The position numbers and the translations under genes are program-made. From positions 27,404,001 to 27,468,000 of the forward strand of contig JBHGNT010000002.1 in NCBI GenBank assembly GCA_043228905.1: a stretch of 64,000 bases of DNA. The letters run 5' to 3'. Source of the stretch: Azolla caroliniana. Its lineage: Eukaryota; Plantae; Polypodiophyta. The notes below the pieces were generated by a model. It saw only the letters and a program-made list of their open reading frames with translations, was not told where the DNA came from and ran no database searches. This document shows positions 52,601 to 64,000 of this stretch, one piece after another; the stretch's first letter is position 1; each line of letters starts with the position of its first letter.

Positions 52601-53167
52601 ATGGCTTCGTTAGGGTTAGCCCCACCTCAAGAACAATCAGCATCGCCATCGCCATCGCCATCGCCATCGCCACAACATGATGGCATCCTCCCCAACGCCT
52701 CCAAGCTGGACCTGCTCTTGGACAACTTCTCGGAGGCCACCGCCAAGTCCATGGTGTTGGCTGAGGCGGCTACCACTGCGGAGGCCCAGGCGGCGCAGGC
52801 GGCCGAAGATGCAGCCGCAGCCTACCTGGCCGCGGCTGCTGCGGTCGGAACCCCCGATTTCGACATTCTACGGGATGTGGCGGAGGCGGCCGAACGCCTC
52901 CTCGACACTCTCACCCTCACCGCATCCCAGGCCTCGCAGGAGTACATGGATGCCTCCAACAACTCCATGCATGCATCGTCCGCGGCATTCGATGCGGCCA
53001 TCCATGATGAGGAGGACGATGCCGACTATAACAACATGCATCCTTGTGGCCACCAGGGGCCCCATGATCATCATGATGGAGAAGTCTGTGGCAATGAGGA
53101 CCAGCATGTAGAGAGCCGCCATCATCATAGTGAGGAGCCTGATTCTGATGATTCTGATTCTACATGA
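52601..53167 (+). CDS. Hypothetical 188-aa Ala-rich helical protein with a His/Asp-rich tail
   Basis: GC-rich island with G/C-ending codons in this frame, good start context (GGGATGG), purine-rich leader and AT-rich 3' flank. No recognisable domain. Confidence 0.65.
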   Translation: MASLGLAPPQEQSASPSPSPSPSPQHDGILPNASKLDLLLDNFSEATAKSMVLAEAATTAEAQAAQAAEDAAAAYLAAAAAVGTPDFDILRDVAEAAERLLDTLTLTASQASQEYMDASNNSMHASSAAFDAAIHDEEDDADYNNMHPCGHQGPHDHHDGEVCGNEDQHVESRHHHSEEPDSDDSDST

Positions 53168-55304
53168 ACCAACAAGACATGCATGCAGTGATCATGGGGA
53201 ACTTGATTAGTAGTTAACCCAACACAAAACACTTTGTAATTAGTAGTTCCTTTGCTTTTTGTCTTTTCTTTTCCTTAACTAATCTCCCTATAAAAGAAAG
53301 CAAAAGAGTCCCATTACCAATTGCATTGCTTTGAGGCACCCTTACACAAAAATGTTTATCCTCTACTACTACTACTACCACTACTACCACTACTACTACA
53401 AGTGTTCTTATACCATCATATGATCGTTCTGCTGCTTCAAATTTGTGATCTCTCCTAATTTGTTCTTTATATGATTCATATCTGTTCGGTTGCGATCAGA
53501 CCAGACCAGACCAGACGCATAAGGCAATAACAATCTGTTATGCATACCTTCCTCATTCTCATCATTGTGAGTGAGTGTACAATGACCTTCCAGAATGAGG
53601 TTGCAGCTAAGCCTAATGATCCCCTCCCTAATGTTTGTCTTAACTCTTCCAAAATTATTGTTGCATCCTCCATGGGTGTTAATCCATTATGATTGCATAA
53701 ACGTTTAATGAATTGCCTCACTAATTGTGAAAAACATTTACTATAAAGACATTGTTCCTCAGATGCTTTACATCGCAAACCAGCATATAAGGATATGGCC
53801 TTTAGGTTGAAATTGGTTATAATACAAATAGAATAATTCGCTCTTTGACATCAAAGACTAGTTAGCTGACCCATCTGTTATAATATCTAAAATTCAATAG
53901 AATTATTTGTTCTATAACCCTATACTTACATCCTATGATGAAAAGATGGGCCGTGTGAGTGATCGAGGCATTATGTATATACATCGTAGACAACATATAA
54001 ATACATGAATAAGTGGGGTGGGGCCTTTGTGATTGGTCGACGAGGCATTATCTACATCGAAGCAAGTGTGCACTCACAAGCAAACTTGCTAGTTCAAAGC
54101 CAATATAAGAATCATGCTACACAAGCATTTTATGATGTTCCACCAATGTAAGCCCTGATTTTATTTTGTCCTAAAAAAAAAGGTAAGTCATTAGACAGTA
54201 GTAGTATGTATATCAATAGATGAAAATATCCTACATTATATGTACAAGTAATTTATATTGTGAAATACACCTAGGGTTTACATTAAGGAAGCTTAGATAT
54301 GACACCTTGAATCTCCTCCTTTACATAACTATGGAAATGCAAAGAATCACTAGGATTCACAAAGTCATTGAATGAATTGAAGCCAAAATAGGATTCGATT
54401 GTGTCCATTTAACTAGTGAAACTTGTATTAGTTCCTCCGAAACATGTTCCATATGCTAAGGACTCCCCCGAGAGACTCAATGAAGGGTTTGTTGGTAGGC
54501 TAGTACTTGGCATACTGTTGTCCTGGGAAATATTAGGTAGCTCCAGTCCATCATCTCTATATTGAACCAATTGTTCTTTGTGTTGTTGATCACATTTAGT
54601 AATGTCTAGGATGAGACAAAGTAATATTCAAAATATGGGGTTATATTCACAAAAATCACAAATAATTACCTTACATCCCCGAGCCCCATTAATCCTATGA
54701 TTATATGTATGTACAATTGTACCGAGATATGTAGTGATTAATTGATTGAAGATGAAATGTATGATGAAGAAGAATTTAATCACCCGTATTTAAACCCTTA
54801 GAGACATGTCTAGACCCAAAGCCCTACTAAGTAGACACCCAAACCCTAATACATATATACAATTAAAATTGCCTCATGACTTCAAGAGATTGGAGCCTAT
54901 ATGGAGAGAGACAGAGGCAGAGACTTGACTTGTGATGGTTGTGAGGACTTCCTATAGCATGGGCATGCTTTTGAGATAAATTACCACTAATTTAATGTCT
55001 ACTTAATAATGATATTAGTTAACATGATGATAAGATTCATATAAGGCGATAAAAACATGAGGTAATTAGAGAGAGAGTTCACATAGAGAAAGATCTTGCA
55101 AATGGGGGATTGTTCGAATTCTAATTCACAGTGATCTTTGAATGAATCATGCGCTGCCATCATTACTGGAGGAACTAGTCCACCTACATGTGGTGAGGAT
55201 GTCTCAAATTGGCCCATGAAATTGCTAGGGTTGCATTCGCCCAATCTAGGACTAATATAACTGGTAGGGAGCTTATTAATGTCGTGGTCAATATGTGAGG
55301 AGTG

Positions 55305-55570
55305 TTATACCGATAGGTTAGGACAAAAAGAAGACAAAGAGTTCTTCATTGGAGACGAATTGACGAGGGAGGTTTGCAATATGGTCTTTTGGAGGAGAGG
55401 GTTCATTTTGAGATGGAATTCGTAGATGTTTCCGTCTTCCGCTTGGATGACTACGTGGACACCGCACCCGGATATGTATGTGAGCTGGTAGAACTTCTTC
55501 AACATTCCTCTACCCTTTTCTCCATCCAACCCACTAATGGATGTTATATGAGACAGTTTTGATTGTCATA
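55305..55570 (-). pseudogene. Divergent MADS-box (SRF/type-I-like) remnant
   Basis: GMLKKFYQLTYISGCGVHVVIQAEDGNIYEF (55508-55416) aligns without gaps to the C-terminal half of the MADS domain. The N-terminal half is disrupted and has no in-frame ATG. Confidence 0.5.
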
Positions 55571-55790
55571 TAGATAGATAGATCTATGCCACAAGGAACG
55601 GCTCAGTTTCAAGTGATAATTCGAGAGACTTTGAGGGTAGATCGATGCCACCATTAGTCCTAATTTACAAGAGGGAGATTTTGGTGTCTCTCTATGTATT
55701 TTTGTATGTTCACAAGTAATGCATTTAGTAGTGTATTGTGATGTTAGGGCTCACATACCTCACATGTTAGTTAGAACTAAATCACATTTC

Positions 55791-55972
55791 AGATTCCTGG
55801 CTTACTAACTAGCTTCTCCCACGAAGCTAAATTCTAAGATAAATGATATATAATAGATTCCTGGTTTGCTAACTAGCTTCTCCCAAGATAAATGATATAT
55901 AATAGATTCCTGGTTTGCTAACTAGCTTCTCCCATGAAGCTAAATTCTAAAATAATGATCTATAATAGATTG
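55791..55972. repeat. About 3 imperfect tandem copies (49-63 bp)
   Basis: AGATTCCTGG..CTAACTAGCTTCTCCC at 55791, 55854 and 55903. Confidence 0.85.
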
Positions 55973-56851
55973 CTACAAATAATCGTCATTCATGTTGTCA
56001 TAATGCTTCCTATTTCAGATATCGAAGAATTCCGTTGTTCGATTAAGTTTACCTTTTCTAAGATGATGTTTTATGATAGATTGCTTGCATTACGAAATAA
56101 AAACTCAAAATGCAGAGCTTACATACTAGTTGGATTGTAAACACGCCATCATTCAACACATTTTAGACACACAAGTTGTTATTAGATCAGGACAATCGTT
56201 AGGGTAAATGCTTTATGTCAACATTATATGCAACAAACAACTTCTAATTGTTAAATTCCATCGTTCTGCATTAAAATTGACAAATAAAGGATTTGTTTGT
56301 CCAATGAAACACATTGGGTACAGCTATGCTTGCGAAGGTTTTCAACGAGCAAAATCAAATCAAACACAATTGCAAGATGAATGAATTCTCTGAGGTCTAG
56401 GTACATTTATTTTGTGTTCCGGTACAAGACTTACAAATTCCCCAATTAGAGAGGGGGGTTTGAGCCGAGGCTGTGATTTTAACAGGCAAAAAAGACCGTC
56501 TCAATTGAGAATTTAGTATTGATCTTCTCCTTTGAGTGAGAATCTAGTATTGATCTGAATCTCATTTGAATGAGCATCTAGTATTGATCCTGCACTCAAT
56601 AATTGACTCTCCTGCCATCAAGTCGTCTCTTTTCTTTCTGAGATGATGGGGTTCATATACATAAATCACAAAAAGACTAGGCAGGCAGGCCATCAGGCAA
56701 CTTCTATTCATGGTTTGTAATGTAAGCCTGAGTAACATTTATATTCTGTGCCCTCCCCCCCCACCCCAAACACACACACCATGATGATAACACAGTCATA
56801 TATATGTACACAACCTAGTGTCAATGAATGAATAAAACAAGAATCCGAGGG

Positions 56852-57484
56852 TCATCGTGTGTACTGTGGATTCGGCTTTTCGATGCCTAATCTCATCATG
56901 TTTTTGAAGATCCGGCCGATGGATTGGAAGGCCTTGACAATGCGATTTCCGCTGAAGAAATCGAGCCAAGCATCGAGGTGATCATGGAGGCGTATCTTCA
57001 TGTTAGTGGTGAGATTATGGCATGTGAAAGTGGACCAATACCGCCGGAAAAAGCATGTTTTCTGAGATCGTTGGGCCGCCACAGGAAGCAAATAAGCTCT
57101 GGCAGCCTCATTCAGCAACTTGTTCTTGAAACTCGCCTTAGAGATATCAAACCAGACAAGAGGAGCTTCGTCATGGTTCACCTCCAGAGTACTGCTACCT
57201 CTCTTCAAGGAACTCGCCGAGATGAGGTCTTTTAAGCTTGTGTAGTGTGTTAAAGAGAATTCTCGGATGTCCTCCTCCTCGCAGTAACTGGCATGGTGTC
57301 TTAGGAGGCGATTTCCGAGCTCATATGCATCGCCAGGAGACGATCTTGTTTCCTGCATTGTAGTGTTGTCCTCAAAATCTGTGATTGGCCATTCTGTAGC
57401 AGTGTTCATACTCCATGGCACTGCATGAAGGTGCTTCCGTGCTGCTGTTCGGACACGAAGACTTGTTTCCACCTCAATGCTCAT
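56852..57484 (-). CDS. Uncharacterised conserved plant protein (YTSLKD...KNxLxxxAAxAYL family), 210 aa
   Basis: Intact ORF. Motifs HYTSLKDLI and FKNKLLNEAARAYLLP resemble, from memory, a land-plant family of unknown function (YTSL[KR]D...IRNRLVKQAAWAYLQP). Confidence 0.75.
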   Translation of the reverse strand: MSIEVETSLRVRTAARKHLHAVPWSMNTATEWPITDFEDNTTMQETRSSPGDAYELGNRLLRHHASYCEEEDIREFSLTHYTSLKDLISASSLKRGSSTLEVNHDEAPLVWFDISKASFKNKLLNEAARAYLLPVAAQRSQKTCFFRRYWSTFTCHNLTTNMKIRLHDHLDAWLDFFSGNRIVKAFQSIGRIFKNMMRLGIEKPNPQYTR

Positions 57485-58050
57485 GATTCATTTGAACTCA
57501 AAACAGTAATACCAAGCAAGAAAATGTATGAATTGAAGAACAAGTTTTTCTTTTCTGTTTGGTCTCATAAGACTGGTCATTACATGTTTCAGCTGTGAGC
57601 TCTCTCTCTCATGACTCTTCTTGATCTTCAAGCTGAAGGAGGAAAAGCAAATCAAGAATTTCATCAGATTGGATTCAAAACAAAAGGGAGAGGGACACGC
57701 GCGCGCGCGCACACACACACACACACACACAGATCTAACGTTCACCATCATCATCAAGCATCATGATCTATCAAAACGTTTCCTGCTTCCATCTCAATGC
57801 CATCGCCATTACTATACAGTATTACTATTATCGTAAGGTGAGGGAGAAGAAAAACGAAAGGCAGCTTAGAGGGGGAGAGGGAGAGGGAGAGGGATGGTTT
57901 TTACCTTGACTAGCCTCCCAGCGTTTCCGTCTGCAGAAAAGGAACAAGGGCCATGCCATGGCCGCTTGGGGGAGGAGGAAGGAACAGACATTGGGAATGT
58001 AGGAGTTACAAGGATCTGAGTGAAGAGACAGACAGAGAACCTCCAGAGGA

Positions 58051-58100
<50 letters not shown>

Positions 58101-59340
58101 GGAGGAGGGGGGGCTAAAATCCATGCGCATTTCTTCTCTAAATTTAGCAGCAATGCCACAAATGGATCCTTTTCTTTTTCATTTTTCACGCCCCGATAGT
58201 AATAATAAAAAAAAAGGATCCCAATTTGGATCTGCTTGATACCATCATTTTTGGGGCTCTCTTGCACTTTCTGCTTTCTGCTTTTAGCTTTTCTACTTTT
58301 TGTCTGCTTTTGTCCCGACTCCGGGCTCGCTAACTATTAATATTTACGTCTATATACATATACATATGCATGTATATATACATACAAATGTGTATATGTA
58401 TACATACGTATGTATACATTATGTATATATATGTAATACATATATATAGAAATTGGCCTCCTCGTTTATGGAAAATAAAAATCTAGTCTATTCTCTCTCT
58501 CGTCGTCTAATTCCCTATCTAATGTGTAGAAGTTGTCAATTCAAGGTTATAGATAAAGGCTGCTTTTTTCCTATGATCAGCTCTATTCACACACATAATG
58601 ACAATGTGTCTTTTGGAAATGTTAGTCTTGGGGCTCATGGCTAATCTAATGGCTACACTCTTCTTGCAATTTCATGAATATTTTCATTATGATGATAACA
58701 AATGAATTGTTTTCATCGTAATTTTGATTGCTATAATATGGTCCATATGACAAGATCATAGAGTAACTGTAATTCTATATAAATGATAGGAGATGTTATG
58801 ATTTGTAGCGTATCTCTATTATCACGAAAACGAGGTGTCTTTGGTAAATGCATGATGAAAACCCAAATGCAACATTCACACATGTACAAAATGATGGTAA
58901 TAAGAAATGGTAGATTTTAGGGGATGTGCCTTGCATGATTTGCTAGTGTGCATTGGTAATGAATTCATTCCTCTTTTCCAATATATACAAGGATTGTTCA
59001 TATATAGCTTTACCATTGGCTCCTTCATGCCCACCCTCATGGTAATTTTAGGATGGTAGTTTTGTGGTGAAACATTTTTGTTGCAATTTCCACTATAATG
59101 ATTGTCTTGCATTCCTTTCTCTTCTTTCCAAATATGTATTTGGAACCCTACATCCTACATAGGATCCTCCAAAAATAATTGTACAATCAACTTTATGTAG
59201 TGAGGCCAATCCAAGAGCTTCCATTCAAAACCATTTTATGCGGTAACAAGTCATTGATTGAACTCATTGCTACATAATTGCAATTCTTTTTTGCTCGAAG
59301 TTATCTCAAATTTTTTATTCCCAAACCCATATTGATTCTC

Positions 59341-59518
59341 ACCATAAGTTGTTGATAAAACAAGCATGTTTTTGAGATTATTGACAGTCACCATAAGTTG
59401 TTGGTAAAACAAGCATGTTTATGAGCTTATTGATAGTCACCATAAGTTGTTGCAAAACAAGCATGTTTATGAGCTTATTGATAGTCACCATAAGTTGTTG
59501 CAAAACAAGCATGTTTAT
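59341..59518. repeat. Minisatellite, about 3.6 x 48-49 bp
   Basis: ACCATAAGTTGTTG..AAAACAAGCATGTTT units at 59341, 59390, 59439 and 59487. Confidence 0.9.
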
Positions 59519-60029
59519 AAAGATGGCCAAAACTCCGTTGAGGAGCTCGTGTTCCTGGCCTAGATCAGAAAATTACTTATATGTTGAAGAGATATTACAA
59601 AGTACAATCATATTATTCTCAAAATTTGTGAAGCATGAGTAGTGAAACATGCTCCTATATGGAATGATGATGAGCTATAGTACCGCTTCATTATCTCCAC
59701 ATTATTCTATTGTTGTTTATGTACGTGGACTAGAAGCAAAGGAACATCCCTTTGCTTGCTTATTGTTTAAAATGTATAGGAAAGAAGGAACTCAATGATT
59801 CAAAGTCTTTAAAGATATGTTTATAATGGTTAAAGTTAACCCCCTTCCAGTGAAATGGAAGGGGATATATGATAACTATAACATTTGATTACTTACCTCT
59901 CATACATGGATGAATTCATAGTGTAATCCCCTACGACTTTATTATGTACGAAGCAATCATGGATGGTACCACATATGGAGTGTGATTATAATTATAATAA
60001 CAACAGAAAATATTGAGAAAAAACTTGGT

Positions 60030-60101
60030 AGGGCGCAACCAGGATTGAACTGATGACCTATCGGACTGCAGCCGATTGCTCTACCACTGAGCTATACACC
60101 C
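60030..60101 (-). tRNA. tRNA-Cys (anticodon GCA), nuclear
   Basis: Minus strand GGGTGTATAGCTCAGTGGTAGAGCAATCGGCTGCAGTCCGATAGGTCATCAGTTCAATCCTGGTTGCGCCCT folds into a cloverleaf with a U discriminator; a T6 terminator follows. Confidence 0.93.
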
Positions 60102-60504
60102 TTCGATGCTGATATATTTAAAAATACTTTAGAAATAAAGGAATGAATACACATGGACACATCAGAAAGCCCTTTCACACCTCAGTGTAGCAGAAGAAAT
60201 GATTCTTATGTTTCTTAAATTTCCCAAAGCAAAGAAATGATTGATGATACGTTTCAATTGGAGCGAAAGAGAACTGAAAATGTAAACTGTAGTTTATTAT
60301 TGTGTGCAAACCAGAATAAACAAACTCTACACGAGGATAAAATAAGAATGATAGCCAAAATTGTGGGTGGAGAGAGGTTGAAATGGAGGGAAGAGGAGAA
60401 TGGAATCAATAAATATAGGCGAGATGCACCTCTCCATGGTTTTAATGGATGTCACAGATCTTATTGAATCAATGTGGAAGAAGGAGGCATCTCCTCGTTT
60501 GGTG

Positions 60505-63018
60505 TCACGAGGGGGGTTGGCGGTGCGGATCAGACATGGCGGGAGATCGATGGAATTGGTGGCTGTGTGGGCACGACGGAGCAGTAGACGAAGAAGAGCC
60601 AGCCACCGAGACAGGCGTGTCCATTTGATTCGTCCCAGGACTGGTACAAGACGTGGAATATCCACTTGCACAATGACGGTGATGGTGATGGTGATGGCGA
60701 TGGCGATGGCGACCATGCTCCATGCAAGGCCAACCAAAACTGTGGAAGGGGGCCATGGGATGAGAGTCTGATGGACGGCATCTGTTCGTCGTCGTACCTC
60801 CATCATCATGTGCTTCATGCTTGTACGACTGACGGACGCTTTGCCTCAGGGCTGACGTGGCGCTCGCCTTCAAGCCCGGCGTGACGGAACCTCGTCTTAG
60901 GGCTGACGTGGCACCCGGCTTTAGGTTTAGCGTCGCACCACCGTCAGACCTCTGATTAGTGCTTGTAGGATTCCTGTTCTCCTTGCCGCCTTCGTCGTCA
61001 TCATCCTCGTATTCTTTCGTGCACCTTTTCCTGCACATTACTGCGTCTGAATGGTGATCATGGCATACATGATGGGGACGGTGGTGTCTCTGCTGCTGCT
61101 GCTGAAGACGATTATATTGATGGTCATCATGGGGATGTTCTGAACACCCTAACCCGTCCCTTAAAACCCTAGGTCTGGCATGGTGATGAGTGTTTGGCCT
61201 ACATTTCATCTGCCATTGTTTTTCTAAGAGATCATCTAGCTTTGTTTGTTGTTTGCTATGGTAAGAAGATTGCTGTTGTTGTTCTGATCCACAAATTGAA
61301 CAATTTGCAGAGAAAATGTCAGAACAAGTTGCAGAAGAGAAATTTCCCACGTTTTTCAGGGAAGAATGTATAGATTCTGAGGTCTGAAGATTCCTTTCCG
61401 AATCACCTCCTTCTAGACCATGCCCATGGTAATGATGTTCACGGCTGAAAACATAATCTATACTTTCTTTACTAGATCGGGACATGTTGAGCTTTTCTTT
61501 GAAATTAATCGAAGAAGGTATCGATTCTGAGATATGGCCGTTTCTTTCTGCACCTTCTTCTCTGTCAGTACCTTCTTCACAATGGTGGTGATGTACTTGA
61601 CTGAAATAATCTCTACTTTCTTTATTAGCTTCAGATATGGCAACCTTTTCTTTGAAATTGAATGGAGATTGGTGAGATTCTGAATTCTGATTGTTCTTTT
61701 CCGCAACTTCTTCTCTCTCATTACCTTCACTATATTCGCAGCCATGGCTTAACAGGACTCTACTTCCTTCACTAGCTTGAAATTTCATACAGTTTTTTCC
61801 AAAATGGAACGGCAAATGGATGCTACGATCATTTGTTTCTGCAACTTCTTGCCGAGTTCCTTCGTCACCATAACCATGGTTTAGTTGACATCTTATTTTT
61901 TCAACGCCGTGAAATCTCGTGGCATTTTCTTTGAAATGAAACGGAAATTGCATGAATTCAGCTATTTGATCAGTCCTTTCTGCAACCTCTCTCTGAGTAG
62001 GTTCTTTACTATGGCACACTTTACCTGTACATTCTTCATCATGCCTGTTAACATTTTGTTTGAAATGGAACGGAGAATAGATGGAGTCTGGGATCTGGCC
62101 TTCCCTTTCTTCGAGTTCTGTCGTCTCCGTTCCTTCTTCACCATAGCCATGTCGATGATACCCATGGTTCAATATATTTCTACTTTCTTTACAAATATGG
62201 GGTCTTGTATCCTTTTCTTTGAAGTAGAACTCGCTCGAAGAAAGGCTGCGACCATCACCATCGATTGAAGTGGTATCATGCTCTGAAGAGTCGATATGAG
62301 GAAGATAACAATTTCTTCCGGCTATGGAGGCCTTGTTGTTGTTGGATTTCCATACAGGAGAAGGAGATGAAGAAGCAACAGGTTTTGGCGACGGGAAAGA
62401 AAGTTCAGAAGAAGTATGAGAAGAACTAACCGTTGTTTGATTTAATCCAGAAAAACGGTGCATTTTTCTCAGAGAAGAATGAATGGGAAATCTAGGTGAA
62501 GGTTGGCCGTCTGGTTCAGATATGGCTGATTTTCGCCTGCTTTTGTTGTCCACCATGTCTGTTTTTTTGTTATAATTGTCCACCGTAGCCGTGTTTCTAT
62601 CGACATTTTCCTTCATAGCTGGTTTTCTTCTGCTACCGTTTTCAATCATAGCTGATCTTCTTCTCCGGATATCTGTTTTTCTGCTGTCGTTTTCCACCAT
62701 CTCGGCTTTTCCGCAATCGTTTTCCACCATCCCTGATTTGTATGGAAAATCCACGGGAGTCGAGTCTTTTTCGGGGTAGTCTTTCTGCCATATGCAAGCA
62801 GAGAGCTGGTCTGTACAGGATCCAGGGCGATCAGAGAGAAGACAGAACCCATTCTCGAGGACAAGCAATACGGAATCAGAGGTCTGGTTGTGGATAGGTC
62901 TTTCATGCGATGAGCCATATCGGGGACGCCGGATTGTAGAGGAAGGAGAAGAACAAGAAGAAGAAGAAGCAGCAGCAGCATTAGGGTTAGGGTTAGGGTT
63001 AGAGTTAGGGTTCGGCAT
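60505..63018 (-). CDS. Hypothetical ~837-aa low-complexity protein with internal 10-aa and ~45-50-aa repeats (ORF open from 63105)
   Basis: Uninterrupted 2.6-kb ORF in AT-rich DNA. Likely start MPNPNSNPNP at 63018. No domain recognised. Confidence 0.75.
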   Translation of the reverse strand: MPNPNSNPNPNPNAAAASSSSCSSPSSTIRRPRYGSSHERPIHNQTSDSVLLVLENGFCLLSDRPGSCTDQLSACIWQKDYPEKDSTPVDFPYKSGMVENDCGKAEMVENDSRKTDIRRRRSAMIENGSRRKPAMKENVDRNTATVDNYNKKTDMVDNKSRRKSAISEPDGQPSPRFPIHSSLRKMHRFSGLNQTTVSSSHTSSELSFPSPKPVASSSPSPVWKSNNNKASIAGRNCYLPHIDSSEHDTTSIDGDGRSLSSSEFYFKEKDTRPHICKESRNILNHGYHRHGYGEEGTETTELEEREGQIPDSIYSPFHFKQNVNRHDEECTGKVCHSKEPTQREVAERTDQIAEFMQFPFHFKENATRFHGVEKIRCQLNHGYGDEGTRQEVAETNDRSIHLPFHFGKNCMKFQASEGSRVLLSHGCEYSEGNEREEVAEKNNQNSESHQSPFNFKEKVAISEANKESRDYFSQVHHHHCEEGTDREEGAERNGHISESIPSSINFKEKLNMSRSSKESIDYVFSREHHYHGHGLEGGDSERNLQTSESIHSSLKNVGNFSSATCSDIFSANCSICGSEQQQQSSYHSKQQTKLDDLLEKQWQMKCRPNTHHHARPRVLRDGLGCSEHPHDDHQYNRLQQQQQRHHRPHHVCHDHHSDAVMCRKRCTKEYEDDDDEGGKENRNPTSTNQRSDGGATLNLKPGATSALRRGSVTPGLKASATSALRQSVRQSYKHEAHDDGGTTTNRCRPSDSHPMAPFHSFGWPCMEHGRHRHRHHHHHHRHCASGYSTSCTSPGTNQMDTPVSVAGSSSSTAPSCPHSHQFHRSPAMSDPHRQPPS

Positions 63019-63407
63019 TGATTTCAGGATGATGGGGTTATTTTTTGAATAATATTTGAAAGGAAAATAAATGTGGAGTCTTTTTTTCCCTTCTTTTCGA
63101 GTCATTCAAAGAAATGATTTCTTTGAAGAAAGAAAGAAAAAACTAACCAAACGATTTGGCAAATTCCTTTTGTTATTTATTTTGTTTTTCGAAATTGCTA
63201 AAAGCAAAAAGAAATTTGGAGAGTAGAAAAAATTAAACGAAACTCGAGAAGCTTTTCTTGTTGCGTCATTGTAAAAAAAAGAAAATCCCAACCACACCAA
63301 AGTGTATTTTTCGTATGTATTATGTAATATGTATGTAAGTATATATGTACAAAAAATACTCACTCATCATAACTATGTACACTTGACTTGACTTTGATTG
63401 ACTCTTC

Positions 63408-63704
63408 TTGACTTGGATTTCATTGATTTCACTTGCCTTGGATATAGTGTGACGCTGATGTGCCTCATTCCATTTTCACCCCAACTTGAAATGATATGGA
63501 TTGACCATGGCACGTATTGAAAGAAAATTCCAACGTCAACTAACCCACCAAGTGTTGACTTGAATTTCATTGACTTCACTTGCCTTGGATATAGTGTGAC
63601 GCCGATGTGCCTCATTCCATTTTCACCCCAACTTGAAATGATATGGATTGACCATGGCACGTATTGGAAGAAAATTCCAACGTCAACTAACCCACCAAGT
63701 GTTG
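63408..63704. repeat. 2 x 147-bp near-identical tandem duplication
   Basis: Unit TTGACTTG(G/A)ATTTCATTGA...CCCACCAAGTG starts at 63408 and 63555. Confidence 0.92.
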
Positions 63705-64000
63705 TGTAGTACAATCGACGCTCAATCAACGAATTGCGAAGGAGTGAACTATCTTTCACCGAAAACTCCTCCAGTGGTATTTAAAAATGAAACGATCTTA
63801 ACGAATTCATTTGTGGGGATCGTGTTGCCATTTATCACTCATTCCACGATGCTTGGCAAATTTGTGCGCTCATTACTTATTGATCTGTCTAGCCAAATTG
63901 ATCTTCTACAATTTTATTATCGTTTCGTAACCGTACATCTTCAACTTATTCAACTGCAAATTTGTCATTCATCAAATGTGTGTTTCCAACTAATCTAACA

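Noticed and set aside
59341-59518. CRISPR-like array
   Set aside because: Head-to-tail repeats without unique spacers, in a eukaryotic context with no cas genes.
595-62981. Numerous short antisense or overlapping ORFs in the track (e.g. 5149-5571, 20195-20530, 60327-60818)
   Set aside because: They are shadows of real CDSs or low-complexity DNA, with no independent motifs.
62981-63010. (TTAGGG)n as an interstitial telomere
   Set aside because: Only 5 units, encoding an Asn-Pro run near a gene start; telo-box-like tracts are common there in plants.

Overview
AT-rich eukaryotic nuclear DNA from a land plant. A fern or other seed-free plant is my inference, based on the PLS-PPR style and a fungal-type (Tcn1-like) chromovirus. 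Host genes: histone H1 (2 exons), a bHLH121/URI-like subgroup IVb factor (5 exons), two convergent intronless PLS-E PPR genes, a WVD2/WDL (TPX2-domain) gene (7 coding exons), an AN1 zinc-finger SAP without its A20 finger, a conserved uncharacterised plant protein, two orphan-like ORFs, a probable MADS-box remnant, tRNA-Val(TAC) and tRNA-Cys(GCA). Mobile DNA: an RTE/RTEX-type LINE inserted into the LTR of a tRNA-Trp-primed LTR element, two L1 fragments, a Mutator-type MITE, and a full-length decayed 5.9-kb chromoviral Ty3/gypsy element. The most striking signals lie in that last element: a self-priming PBS with a hairpin that could mask the 3' primer copy, a -1 frameshift signal, and a tRNA-like Pol III A/B-box cassette in each LTR. 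Exon coordinates and difference counts were read by eye; no database searches were run.
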